A stretch of 34,531 nucleotides of DNA from a virus. Location of the stretch: positions 1-34,531 of the IMG/VR virus record IMGVR_UViG_3300027932_000003, one strand, 5' to 3'. The notes under the pieces were generated by a model that saw only the letters and a list, made by a program, of their open reading frames with translations, was not told the DNA's origin and searched no databases. Below are positions 8,244 through 16,332 of this stretch, in pieces. The position numbers and the translations under genes are program-made. Every line of letters starts with the position of its first letter. Positions within the stretch are counted from its first letter, which is position 1.

Positions 8244-8341
8244 TTCAATTTTATTATATGCAAATTACTTAGTAATAAAGTTTATGCAAAAAATCGAAAT
8301 ATATAAATATGTCATAATGTATGTTTATAAAATGAGGAAAA

Positions 8342-8503
8342 ATGATGGAGAAAGTTAAAAAGGAAAGAACAGTTTTCGGTATAAATATAGATAAAGAATT
8401 AAAAAGAAAATTAAAAGTATATTGTGCAAATAATAATATCACGCTAACAGAAGCAATTGAAGAAGCTTTAGAAGAATATTTACAGAAAAGGGGAACTAAA
8501 TGA
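8342..8503 (+). CDS. ribbon-helix-helix (CopG/Arc-like) DNA-binding protein (53 aa)
   Basis: Hand-translated: [53 protein letters not shown]; promoter atataaataTGTCATAat at 8301..8318; missed by the ORF track. Confidence 0.55.
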   Translation: MMEKVKKERTVFGINIDKELKRKLKVYCANNNITLTEAIEEALEEYLQKRGTK

Positions 8504-8646
8504 GAGTAATAACGTTTAAAGTTGAAGAAGATCTTTTGCAAAAACTTGATAAATATGCTATGAATCACAAGCTAAACAGATCTGAAGTAATTAGGCAAGC
8601 ATTAATGGAATTCTTGAGACCAAATACTACAACATATGATAGTTAA
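8500..8646 (+). CDS. ribbon-helix-helix DNA-binding protein (48 aa)
   Basis: Hand-translated: [48 protein letters not shown]; textbook RHH pattern; ATG overlaps the stop of the upstream RHH gene (ATGA). Confidence 0.55.
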   Translation: MRVITFKVEEDLLQKLDKYAMNHKLNRSEVIRQALMEFLRPNTTTYDS

Positions 8647-8701
8647 AAATAAATTAATATATCTTTTTTTATTTTTCATTTTTTTACAAATATATTTCTA
8701 G

Positions 8702-8944
8702 TCATTTCTTTCTTTTTAATCTTTCAATTTCTGCTTTAAGTTCATCAATTTCATCATAAATATCTGCAAAGATATCATAAATTACTACATATATAATTGC
8801 AAAAATTCCAGATGCAAAAAATGTTGATATTATAACTATTGGCATATTTTTTACAAGAATTCCTAATGACATGACTATTAAAGCTAAAGACATTAAAGCT
8901 AAAAAAATTAAGAAAACTATTATTTCACGAAATTCTCTTTCCAT
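8702..8944 (-). CDS. two-TM membrane protein with C-terminal coiled-coil tail (80 aa), paralog A
   Basis: Two hydrophobic segments then ELKAEIERLKRKK; own promoter aaataaatttGTCAGaaaacg on the minus strand. Confidence 0.5.
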   Translation of the reverse strand: MEREFREIIVFLIFLALMSLALIVMSLGILVKNMPIVIISTFFASGIFAIIYVVIYDIFADIYDEIDELKAEIERLKRKK

Positions 8945-8956
8945 TTTTTCTCATTT

Positions 8957-9232
8957 TCATTTTTCGTTTTCTGACAAATTTATTTCTTGTTTTCTCTCTC
9001 TTTTTAATCTTTCAATTTCTAGTTCAAGTTTATTAATTCTTGTATCTAAATCATCTATCAAATCTATTATCCAAGTAAAAATTATTGCCAACAAAATTGA
9101 TACAATTGCGGAATATAAAACTATATTTTGTAGATTTTTAGATAAAATTCCTTCAGAAAATATTAAAAGTATATTAAGTATTACAATTGAAAGCATTATA
9201 GAAATATATAACCTAAAAGCTAATTTGCCCAT
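8957..9232 (-). CDS. two-TM membrane protein with C-terminal coiled-coil tail (91 aa), paralog B
   Basis: Same architecture, ending KLELEIERLKRERK; own promoter tatatatttGTCAGataacg on the minus strand. Confidence 0.5.
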   Translation of the reverse strand: MGKLAFRLYISIMLSIVILNILLIFSEGILSKNLQNIVLYSAIVSILLAIIFTWIIDLIDDLDTRINKLELEIERLKRERKQEINLSENEK

Positions 9233-9287
9233 ACTTTGTCATTCTTATTTTTCGTTATCTGACAAATATATAAGTTTCTATTTCAAA

Positions 9288-9434
9288 TTATTTGGAAGAT
9301 TTTTGATTAAGCTCATAATAAGCCTCAATTAACATTTTTCTAAATTCTTCTAAATCTTCTTTACTTTCAATTATCAAAAATTTTTCTCCATCTTTTTCTT
9401 CAATTCTCATATATGAATATTTGTTATTAGACAT
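9288..9434 (-). CDS. small hypothetical protein (48 aa)
   Basis: Hand-translated: MSNNKYSYMRIEEKDGEKFLIIESKEDLEEFRKMLIEAYYELNQKSSK; 32 nt downstream of gene 9467..9766 on the same strand; no separate promoter seen. Confidence 0.25.
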   Translation of the reverse strand: MSNNKYSYMRIEEKDGEKFLIIESKEDLEEFRKMLIEAYYELNQKSSK

Positions 9435-9466
9435 TTAAAAAACTTTACTTTATCCTTAATTCTGAA

Positions 9467-9766
9467 TTAATGTATTTCATTATTAATTTCACCGCAAAAA
9501 ACTACAATATTAAACATATTTCTATTATATCTCCAATTTATTTTAATATATTGTGGATATTTAAAAGTTTTTATTATATATTTTAAAATTCCAGTTCCTT
9601 TTTTCTCATATCTTTGTTTTGTAATATTCATCCTAATTTTTATAGTTATTAAATTTTCATCTTCTAAAACTAAGTAATCGTAAACATTATCAAAGTAACG
9701 TATTTTCAACCAATCGAATAATTGAAGTGTATATTTTTTACATTCTAATTTGATGAATTCGTCCAT
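9467..9766 (-). CDS. hypothetical protein (99 aa)
   Basis: ATG ORF; promoter atttaattGTCAAattatg on the minus strand. Confidence 0.5.
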   Translation of the reverse strand: MDEFIKLECKKYTLQLFDWLKIRYFDNVYDYLVLEDENLITIKIRMNITKQRYEKKGTGILKYIIKTFKYPQYIKINWRYNRNMFNIVVFCGEINNEIH

Positions 9767-10002
9767 GTTTTAATTTTCATAATTTGACAATTAAATAATT
9801 TTTTGTTACTTTACGTATAGTATAATATAGAATATGCGGAATTAGAAATTATAACAAAAATTACAACTCAGCATATATATTATATAATTTATATAGTTTT
9901 TTCTTTAAATGATGACTCAATTTCATCAACTTATATACATTATATTACATATACGACGTGAAAATTTATATTGTAGAAATTAAAATTTATAATTGACCAA
10001 AA

Positions 10003-10407
10003 ATGGCAAAAGGAAGAACACCAAGGTCCTATAGCCAAAGGTATGCAAAATGGTCAGCTAAATTTGCATCATTTTCAAATCCTACCGTAGCATCTACAAT
10101 TTTAAGTAATGTTTCGCCAGTTGCACAGCAAAATTTCCAAACTAATGTACCAAAGTTTACTAGTGTAAATGAACAAGTTTCTAGCGTATTGTCAGAATAT
10201 GGAATTACTGGCCCTAACAGGGCGATTTACCAAGGTTTCGGTCTTAAGGTAGCTAGAGCTTTAAATAGGTTGGGAGGAGGGCCAGCACTTGTTAACATGA
10301 TAAATGGACTAAAAGCATATTATATTTCAGCATTTAATGCTAATCCAACTGTTCTAGATGCAGTGACAAATATAATCACCGGTTCGCCAACTGGATATGT
10401 AAGCTAA
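10003..10407 (+). CDS. major capsid (coat) protein, rudivirus type (134 aa)
   Basis: Length and N-terminus (MAKGRTPRSYSQRYAKW...) match my recollection of the 134-aa SIRV coat protein; isolated monocistronic gene with a 235-bp upstream region and a long T-rich tail (10408..10518). Confidence 0.85.
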   Translation: MAKGRTPRSYSQRYAKWSAKFASFSNPTVASTILSNVSPVAQQNFQTNVPKFTSVNEQVSSVLSEYGITGPNRAIYQGFGLKVARALNRLGGGPALVNMINGLKAYYISAFNANPTVLDAVTNIITGSPTGYVS

Positions 10408-10518
10408 AAAATTATAGAATATCTTTTAAGCTATTTTATTTTTTTAATTTTTCTTTTTCAGAACTTTAGTTCAAATTTAAAATTTAAAAAAATTTACTTT
10501 TAACTTTTTAACTTGAAA

Positions 10519-10707
10519 TTAATCATTATCATCAATTTTTGTTTCTATATACTCATAATTTGTTTTACTTATTCTTTTACAATCACTAATTTTTACATTA
10601 GGATGATGTTTTTTCAAATGTGTAATCATAGCTTTTCTAGTTCTCGTTAAATGTTGACAAATTGGACATTCAAATAAAAAGATACCCATAGTGTTTTTTA
10701 GTGTCAT
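10519..10707 (-). CDS. C2H2 zinc-finger protein (62 aa)
   Basis: CPICQHLTRTRKAMITHLKKHH = C-x2-C-x12-H-x4-H. Confidence 0.6.
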   Translation of the reverse strand: MTLKNTMGIFLFECPICQHLTRTRKAMITHLKKHHPNVKISDCKRISKTNYEYIETKIDDND

Positions 10708-10725
10708 GACGTTTAAAAGCTTAAT

Positions 10726-11733
10726 ATGAAAACCGTAATTTTGACTATGAATTATTCATCTATAAGAAATGTTTCAGAAGATATTGCACAAGTTTTACGA
10801 AAAAATGGTGAAATTGTTACAATTTCAACAAATCCATATTTAATTCCACAATCTGATAAATTAATAATTTTTATGCCATTTCATCCTCCATCTCTAAATC
10901 CATATTTGTATGCATTTAGAGAATTTAAAGGTAAGAAGTATTTTTATACAACTTGTGATGGTTTACCTAATACAAATATTGTAAATCAATATCTATTAGA
11001 AAATATAATATTTATACCAAATTCAAAGTTTACAGCTCAGAATTTACAAGAAGTTGGCTTAAATGTTGAATTGCCAGTTTTCCATGGTATAAATTTTGAA
11101 ATTGTAGAAAAAGCTGAACAATTAGCTATTCAATTGAAACAAAAATTAGATGCTGATTTTCCAAATGTTGTAAAGTTTGGAATTGTTTCAGGTTTAACTA
11201 AAAGAAAAAATATGGATCTTATGATAAGAGTTTTTCAAGAAACAAATACTAAAATTCCAGAATTAGCCAAGAAAATCCATTTCTTTGTAATTTCTCATAA
11301 AGCATTTAAAGATTTTGAAGTTCCTGAAAATGTGCATTTTGTTAGTGAATTTGGACTAAATCCTAGAGAATATATATTTGCATTTTATTCAACTATGGAT
11401 TTTGTAATTGTTCCTTCTGGAACTGAGGGCTTTGGACTTCCAGTTTTAGAAAGCATGGCTATGGGAACTCCAGTAATTCACCAATTAATGCCTCCATTTG
11501 ATGAATTTACATCATGGCAATGGAATTTACTAATTAAATCATCAGAAATTGAAGAATATTACGATAAAACGCATGGGCAAAAATGGAGAATTCATAAATT
11601 TGATATTCATGACATGATAAATGCAATATTAATAGCTTCAGAACTTCAAGATAGAGATGAGAGAAGTCAAAATTTAAGAGAATTAGCAAAAAGATACGAT
11701 ATTAATAATTTATATGTTAGATTTTTAGAGTGA
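10726..11733 (+). CDS. GT-B fold glycosyltransferase (GT4-like) (335 aa)
   Basis: SGTEGFGLPVLESMAMGTPVI contains the E-x7-E motif of retaining GT4 enzymes; immediately downstream of the coat gene region. Confidence 0.8.
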   Translation: MKTVILTMNYSSIRNVSEDIAQVLRKNGEIVTISTNPYLIPQSDKLIIFMPFHPPSLNPYLYAFREFKGKKYFYTTCDGLPNTNIVNQYLLENIIFIPNSKFTAQNLQEVGLNVELPVFHGINFEIVEKAEQLAIQLKQKLDADFPNVVKFGIVSGLTKRKNMDLMIRVFQETNTKIPELAKKIHFFVISHKAFKDFEVPENVHFVSEFGLNPREYIFAFYSTMDFVIVPSGTEGFGLPVLESMAMGTPVIHQLMPPFDEFTSWQWNLLIKSSEIEEYYDKTHGQKWRIHKFDIHDMINAILIASELQDRDERSQNLRELAKRYDINNLYVRFLE

Positions 11734-11796
11734 CTTCAAGAGCTGATTAATCGAAAAATTTATGTATGTCATAATATATATAATTGTTGTGAGAGT

Positions 11797-11922
11797 ATGA
11801 GAGAGATAATAATCGAATGTAAAGATTTTACAAGATTTCATGTAAAAGAAAAGAAAGGTATACAAATTAAAAATATAATACAAATGTGTCAAAGTTACAA
11901 TCTAGAAGTTAAGGTGTATTAA
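11797..11922 (+). CDS. small hypothetical protein (41 aa)
   Basis: Hand-translated: MREIIIECKDFTRFHVKEKKGIQIKNIIQMCQSYNLEVKVY; preceded by tatgtatGTCATAatatatat; ends 3 nt before the next ATG. Weak. Confidence 0.25.
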   Translation: MREIIIECKDFTRFHVKEKKGIQIKNIIQMCQSYNLEVKVY

Positions 11923-11925
11923 AAA

Positions 11926-12225
11926 ATGCCAAAATTTTATTATTGCTATTTATGTAAAACTACACTTGTTGGGAAAAAACAATTTAAAAAGCATGCACAA
12001 ATACACTTTAAAAACAATAGATGTCCATATTGCAATATGAAAACTAAGAATTTGAATATTCATTTAGCATATTATCATCTAGGATATAGAAGAAAAGCAA
12101 TTTTATTAAGAGATTTAGCAATTTTGTGCAAAGAAGCAAATAGTACAAATATTTTGAAAGATGAAAATCTAAAACTTGATAATTACATCAAATTCAATAT
12201 ACAAAGAATGATGAAAAAGTTATAA
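11926..12225 (+). CDS. C2H2 zinc-finger protein (99 aa)
   Basis: CYLCKTTLVGKKQFKKHAQIH = C-x2-C-x12-H-x3-H, plus a second finger-like CPYCNMKTKNLNIHLAYYH. Confidence 0.6.
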   Translation: MPKFYYCYLCKTTLVGKKQFKKHAQIHFKNNRCPYCNMKTKNLNIHLAYYHLGYRRKAILLRDLAILCKEANSTNILKDENLKLDNYIKFNIQRMMKKL

Positions 12226-12249
12226 TTCTTTTTTTAGTTTGTATTTTTT

Positions 12250-12447
12250 TCACTTCTTATTTTCTGAGTTTTTGTTTAGCAAAACTGATATATCTTTGCT
12301 AATTTCTTCAGATATATTTTTAATTATTTCTAAAGCTTCCAATATTTCATCTTCTTTAAGATCTTCATTTTCATTAATTTCGGTAATTAGACCAAGTTGT
12401 AATTCAAGTAAAATCTCAAATTTTATTAAATCTATCTTTTTTATCAT
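12250..12447 (-). CDS. hypothetical acidic helical protein (65 aa)
   Basis: ATG ORF; promoter atatttGTCATAttttaaattt on the minus strand; preferred over the overlapping low-complexity plus-strand ORF 12239..12463. Confidence 0.45.
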   Translation of the reverse strand: MIKKIDLIKFEILLELQLGLITEINENEDLKEDEILEALEIIKNISEEISKDISVLLNKNSENKK

Positions 12448-12484
12448 TTTCTCACGTAGATAGAAATTTAAAATATGACAAATA

Positions 12485-12712
12485 TCAAGTTTTGCCTAAT
12501 CTCATTTTTATTTCTTCTATTTCTTTTTTAAGTTCATTTTGAGAAATCTTTAATTCCTCAATCTGAATTTTCAGATTTTGTAATTCTGAATTTACTATCT
12601 CTTTAACAGCATCTTTCAGAGCTTGTTTTATCTTAAGATAAAGTTGAACAATTGCGAATAATGTAGTTACAAATGTAGAAATTATAGTTAGAATTAAAGT
12701 TATTTCACTCAT
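12485..12712 (-). CDS. membrane-anchored coiled-coil protein (75 aa)
   Basis: N-terminal hydrophobic helix (ITLILTIISTFVTTLFAIVQLYL) then heptad-like ELQNLKIQIEELKISQNELKKEIEEIKMRL; overlaps the upstream gene by 8 nt. Confidence 0.5.
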   Translation of the reverse strand: MSEITLILTIISTFVTTLFAIVQLYLKIKQALKDAVKEIVNSELQNLKIQIEELKISQNELKKEIEEIKMRLGKT

Positions 12713-13088
12713 CTTTTATTCCCTCTAATTGATCTTCTAAATTATCTAAATTTAAATTTTCATCTTCTTTAAATTTTTGGTAAACAGAATCTACTTGTTT
12801 CGCGTAAGGCTGAGGATAAACTACGCGAAAATCTGCGATATCAATTCTACCAGTTTTAGGATCTTTAGCTATTAAAAATTGGAAATAGAAAGTAAATCCG
12901 GGGATATATAAATCTACAATTATGGGCAATTCTGAATTTTTTAAAACAATAATTGAATGTGGTAAATATTTTGATAATCCATAAATTTGACCTTGTAATT
13001 CTAATTCTCTAATTTTATCTATCGCGATTCTAACAGGGCCGAAAATATTCGCGAATTCATCTTTAACTTGCATAATTATATATTTCAT
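12705..13088 (-). CDS. hypothetical protein (127 aa)
   Basis: ATG ORF, first gene of a two-gene leftward unit. Confidence 0.55.
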   Translation of the reverse strand: MKYIIMQVKDEFANIFGPVRIAIDKIRELELQGQIYGLSKYLPHSIIVLKNSELPIIVDLYIPGFTFYFQFLIAKDPKTGRIDIADFRVVYPQPYAKQVDSVYQKFKEDENLNLDNLEDQLEGIKDE

Positions 13089-13175
13089 AAAACAAGAATA
13101 AATAAACTCAAAGCGAATTTGCTATATACATTATATTATGTATATTAGTTTGTTGTTTAATACGTAAAGCATGAG

Positions 13176-13198
13176 CGAAAGATTTATATATTTCGAAA
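13176..13198 (+). promoter_or_regulatory. Inverted-repeat-flanked TATA promoter (CGAAAgATTTATATAtTTCGaaa) for the zinc-finger gene 13223..13576
   Basis: CGAAA / TTTCG inverted repeat brackets the TATA box; identical 23-mer at 13656..13678. Confidence 0.5.
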
Positions 13199-13222
13199 AC
13201 GAATATTATCTTGGTGAAAAGA

Positions 13223-13576
13223 ATGAGAAGTCAAAAAACACAAAACAAAAGCCAAAACAAGTTACTTTTTTGTAAATTATGTTCTTTCGTAGCTACAAGT
13301 TATGAAGAATTAGATCATCATATAAAAATGAGTCATGAAGAATCAGATGATATTTCTGAAGAATTTCAAGTAATTTTTCTAAAGAAAAAAGACTATGAAG
13401 AGTATATGCGTAAAGAATATTTAAGAATTTGTAAAGGAGGAGGATGTATTATTAGACCACAAATTGATATTGAGAATGACAAAGATGAAATAAAACATTT
13501 ATACAAAGAATATTGTTCAACTTGTGAACTTAAGAAATATCTTCTAGCCGAATTAAAAGAAAACGGAAAAATGTGA
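13223..13576 (+). CDS. C2H2 zinc-finger protein (117 aa)
   Basis: ORF track starts at TTG 13211; first ATG is 13223, 37 nt from the TATA. CKLCSFVATSYEELDHHIKMSH = C-x2-C-x12-H-x4-H; additional C-x2-C (CSTC) near the C-terminus. Confidence 0.55.
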   Translation: MRSQKTQNKSQNKLLFCKLCSFVATSYEELDHHIKMSHEESDDISEEFQVIFLKKKDYEEYMRKEYLRICKGGGCIIRPQIDIENDKDEIKHLYKEYCSTCELKKYLLAELKENGKM

Positions 13577-13607
13577 ATTTATTAAGTCTTTATTTTTTTA
13601 TGCCCTA

Positions 13608-13629
13608 TTTTTTTCAAATTTGTATTAAT
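13608..13629 (+). repeat. T-tract + palindromic element, copy 4 (tttttttCAAATTTGtattaat)
   Basis: CAAATTTG palindrome after a T7 run, 3' of 13223..13576. Confidence 0.35.
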
Positions 13630-13655
13630 ATTTCTAATTTTTAACAAACAGAAAA

Positions 13656-13678
13656 CGAAAGATTTATATATTTCGAAA
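13656..13678 (+). promoter_or_regulatory. Inverted-repeat-flanked TATA promoter, second copy, for the winged-helix gene 13704..13928
   Basis: Same 23-mer as 13176..13198; 38 nt from ATG 13704. Confidence 0.5.
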
Positions 13679-13703
13679 GCATATATTATAATGATGAAAG
13701 AGA

Positions 13704-13928
13704 ATGAGGATAGGTAAAGAAGAAGAAAAAATTTTAGAATATCTTCAAAAAAATGGAGATTCAGAGTGGTTAGATAAATTGAAAAGTACTTTTTCTCATA
13801 CTGTTGGATATAAAATAATTGTAAATAAAAGAATAAAGAATCTAGAGAAAAAAGGTCTAGTAAAAATTGTTTGGGAAAAGAATCCACAGACTGGAAGAAA
13901 TAAAAAGAAAGTGTATTTAGTAACTTAA
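13704..13928 (+). CDS. winged-helix DNA-binding protein (74 aa), paralog of 4015..4251
   Basis: See 4015..4251; conserved NKR, KKGL, NPxTGR and VYL positions. Confidence 0.6.
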   Translation: MRIGKEEEKILEYLQKNGDSEWLDKLKSTFSHTVGYKIIVNKRIKNLEKKGLVKIVWEKNPQTGRNKKKVYLVT

Positions 13929-13954
13929 AATGTAAAGAGATATAGGTGAAAAAA

Positions 13955-14170
13955 ATGAGTGTAGAAAAAGTTGAGCAGAAAATAATTGAAATAGCACATG
14001 AATTTGCTCAAAAATATGGAAAAGAAATCTTGGAATTAAGTGAAGATGAACTAATCTCATATCTAACATCATTTTTTAATTATGAAGAATGGTTGATTTT
14101 TAAACATAATGAAATAGAAATGTTAAGATTATTTTTGAAAACAGTAAAAGAAGATTTATCTAAATCTTAA
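13955..14170 (+). CDS. hypothetical protein (71 aa)
   Basis: ORF track starts at GTG 13946; ATG 13955 is preceded by aggtga; likely co-transcribed with 13704..13928. Confidence 0.45.
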   Translation: MSVEKVEQKIIEIAHEFAQKYGKEILELSEDELISYLTSFFNYEEWLIFKHNEIEMLRLFLKTVKEDLSKS

Positions 14171-14355
14171 GTTAATATTTTTAAAATTTTTTTCTTATCA
14201 ATCTTTTTATCAGTTTTGCAAGGTATATAAAATCCTTCATGTAAATCATACGGTTCACCATACCATAATTTTTTATTCAAATTACATGGCTCAGTATTCC
14301 AACCTTTCTTCTTTTTGATTATCATATTCTCAATCTTATTATCTACTCGCCACAT
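14167..14355 (-). CDS. hypothetical basic protein (62 aa)
   Basis: ATG ORF overlapping the 3' end of the large upstream gene by 17 nt; uncertain. Confidence 0.3.
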   Translation of the reverse strand: MWRVDNKIENMIIKKKKGWNTEPCNLNKKLWYGEPYDLHEGFYIPCKTDKKIDKKKILKILT

Positions 14356-15739
14356 TTTTAAAGTTTTTATAGTAGAAAATTGGCTTATATTGTTTAGCTT
14401 TTGTCGATTTTTGAGCTAATTTTATCGAATTTTCAACTTTTGCTTGACCTTGTAATTTCTCTCCAAGTTGTTGAGCAAATTGTAAATCAGCATTTGAAAT
14501 TCCATAAAATGACCATTTTGTCTTCCAATAATTCAAGAAATCAGAATATGATAATGTTCTTTTTCCAGAATTGTAACTATAATTTTGTTGATATGGATAT
14601 CTAGCAATTTCTAGAATTGCTGAAGCTACCATTTTAGCATACCAAATGTTTGAATACTTCTTATTCACAATTTGTTGAACATGTAAGAATTGTTGATATG
14701 TAACTGCATAATTTTCAATTTCTGAGCTATAAGTAATATTTATCCCACCGGGACTTGGATCATAAAGATGTAATTTAAACAAACTCCCAAAAATTGAAAT
14801 TACAGTTTTATCAGCAGTTAAAATTGTTATTAAATCTAATTGTGTAACATTATTAGGATTAAATTCAGGAATTAACATAGCAAAGTCAAGAGGAGTATAA
14901 TCTAATATCATTCCGAAAACATCAGCAAAATTTTGTAAAATCATATTATTCTCAAGTTGAACTTTATAAGTTGGAGAATTTTCAATTTCTGGAGCTAAAA
15001 TACACCTGTCTAACCATCCAACATCAAGGGCAAATCCACTATTAATTATCTCGTTTAAATTGGGAACAAATGAAACTACAAATTTAGCTAAATCTGGAAG
15101 TTGATTATAGTTTAAATTTAATGCATTTAGCAAATCACCAACTCCAGTATTTTGAATATTATTAAGTGAATAATTATCAACATTTGGAATTTGAGTATTT
15201 CCAATTCCTAAAGTTTGTAAGTTAATACTAGTATTTGTAGTTGTTAAGCTATTAAAATATTGTTCTATTTTTTCACATGCTTGATTTCTATTTATAATTG
15301 TATTAGCTGGTTGAAAGACAGAGAGATCAAAATAAGTTTCATCAAAAACGGCTGGTTGATATAAAATTGAGCAAAGATCTACATAATTATCATAAAATTG
15401 TATAAAGTTATTAACAAATTCAAGACCAGAAGTTTGACCATAAATTCCACTTTGACCTAATTGTAGAAAACTAAATGAATTTGTATTTGGATTAAATATT
15501 GAAATTGCTAAATTGTTTAATGATGAAAGTAAAGCTGAAATAATTGTAGCATATGCAATTCCATAATTAGTATTTATACCTGGAGGAATTTGAACATTTT
15601 CAAGTGGAGTTGGAAGAATTGATTCAACTCCAGCGTTAAACATTACAGAAAAAGCTGGAAATGTTTTTCTATTTAGTACTTTTTGATAAAGATGATATTT
15701 CATTTGTGCAATTGATCTTTGTCCTACTTTCCTACCCAT
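14339..15739 (-). CDS. putative minor virion structural protein, N/Q/S/T-rich (about 466 aa)
   Basis: ORF track start 15763 is TTG; first ATG is 15739 with ttttattttGAC about 22 nt upstream; composition and size resemble rudivirus minor structural proteins (from memory). Confidence 0.55.
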   Translation of the reverse strand: MGRKVGQRSIAQMKYHLYQKVLNRKTFPAFSVMFNAGVESILPTPLENVQIPPGINTNYGIAYATIISALLSSLNNLAISIFNPNTNSFSFLQLGQSGIYGQTSGLEFVNNFIQFYDNYVDLCSILYQPAVFDETYFDLSVFQPANTIINRNQACEKIEQYFNSLTTTNTSINLQTLGIGNTQIPNVDNYSLNNIQNTGVGDLLNALNLNYNQLPDLAKFVVSFVPNLNEIINSGFALDVGWLDRCILAPEIENSPTYKVQLENNMILQNFADVFGMILDYTPLDFAMLIPEFNPNNVTQLDLITILTADKTVISIFGSLFKLHLYDPSPGGINITYSSEIENYAVTYQQFLHVQQIVNKKYSNIWYAKMVASAILEIARYPYQQNYSYNSGKRTLSYSDFLNYWKTKWSFYGISNADLQFAQQLGEKLQGQAKVENSIKLAQKSTKAKQYKPIFYYKNFKNVASR

Positions 15740-15873
15740 AATTATTATATTTGTAAAAGTCAAAATAAAAACTTAATTCTAATATACAATATAATGTATA
15801 TCAGTTTTACTCTTTGATCTCATCATATTCAATTCATAAAATATATATTTGTCATAATTTGAGTTACGAATGT

Positions 15874-16332
15874 ATGCAATTACAATTTAGAATAGAAGAA
15901 GCAAAAGATAAAGAATTAATAAAATTTGTAAGAATGTTGATAGATTATTATCATTCTCAAGGAATGCCTTTGGGAGGCGGTGCTGGAAAAAATAGCAGAT
16001 ATTTTATGTATATTGCTAACGACAGTGAGCAAGATTTTATTGTAGCAGTAGCATGGCTCCATGACAATACACCATTTAGATATATAGCTCAAGAATACAA
16101 AATTCCAGATAATAGAAGTTATTTTATTAGAAGAGTTACAAAAACAGTTCCTGGAGATTATGACATTAATTTTCTAATTGATTTAGCTAAGAAATTGAAA
16201 AATGATGGATTTGAAGTACTTTGGACTTTAGGATTTCCAGATCATTCCAACGCTTTATACAAGAAAGCAGGATTTCAAGAAGTTGGGAAAACAAATAGAA
16301 CTGGACATCCAATTTTCATTAAAAAATTATAA
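15874..16332 (+). CDS. hypothetical protein, possible GNAT-like acetyltransferase fold (152 aa)
   Basis: ORF track start 15814 is TTG; ATG 15874 lies about 25 nt after atatatatttGTCATAat. C-terminal NALYKKAGFQEVG resembles GNAT motif B; motif A is not clear. Confidence 0.45.
   Translation: MQLQFRIEEAKDKELIKFVRMLIDYYHSQGMPLGGGAGKNSRYFMYIANDSEQDFIVAVAWLHDNTPFRYIAQEYKIPDNRSYFIRRVTKTVPGDYDINFLIDLAKKLKNDGFEVLWTLGFPDHSNALYKKAGFQEVGKTNRTGHPIFIKKL

Noticed and set aside
8269-8568. 99-aa minus-strand ORF
   Set aside because: Overlaps the two plus-strand RHH genes, which have a clear promoter and fold pattern; its product is Phe/Ile-rich and low-complexity.
8871-9332. 153-aa plus-strand ORF
   Set aside because: Antisense across both minus-strand membrane-protein genes, which have their own promoters; Ser/Ile/Phe-rich low-complexity translation.
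12239-12463. 74-aa plus-strand ORF
   Set aside because: Overlaps the minus-strand acidic ORF 12250..12447, which has a promoter; the plus-strand product is Ser/Phe/Ile-rich and low-complexity.
13582-13887. 101-aa minus-strand ORF
   Set aside because: Antisense to the promoter and 5' half of the winged-helix gene 13704..13928; low-complexity.
14401-14604. 67-aa plus-strand ORF
   Set aside because: Nested antisense inside the roughly 470-aa structural gene.
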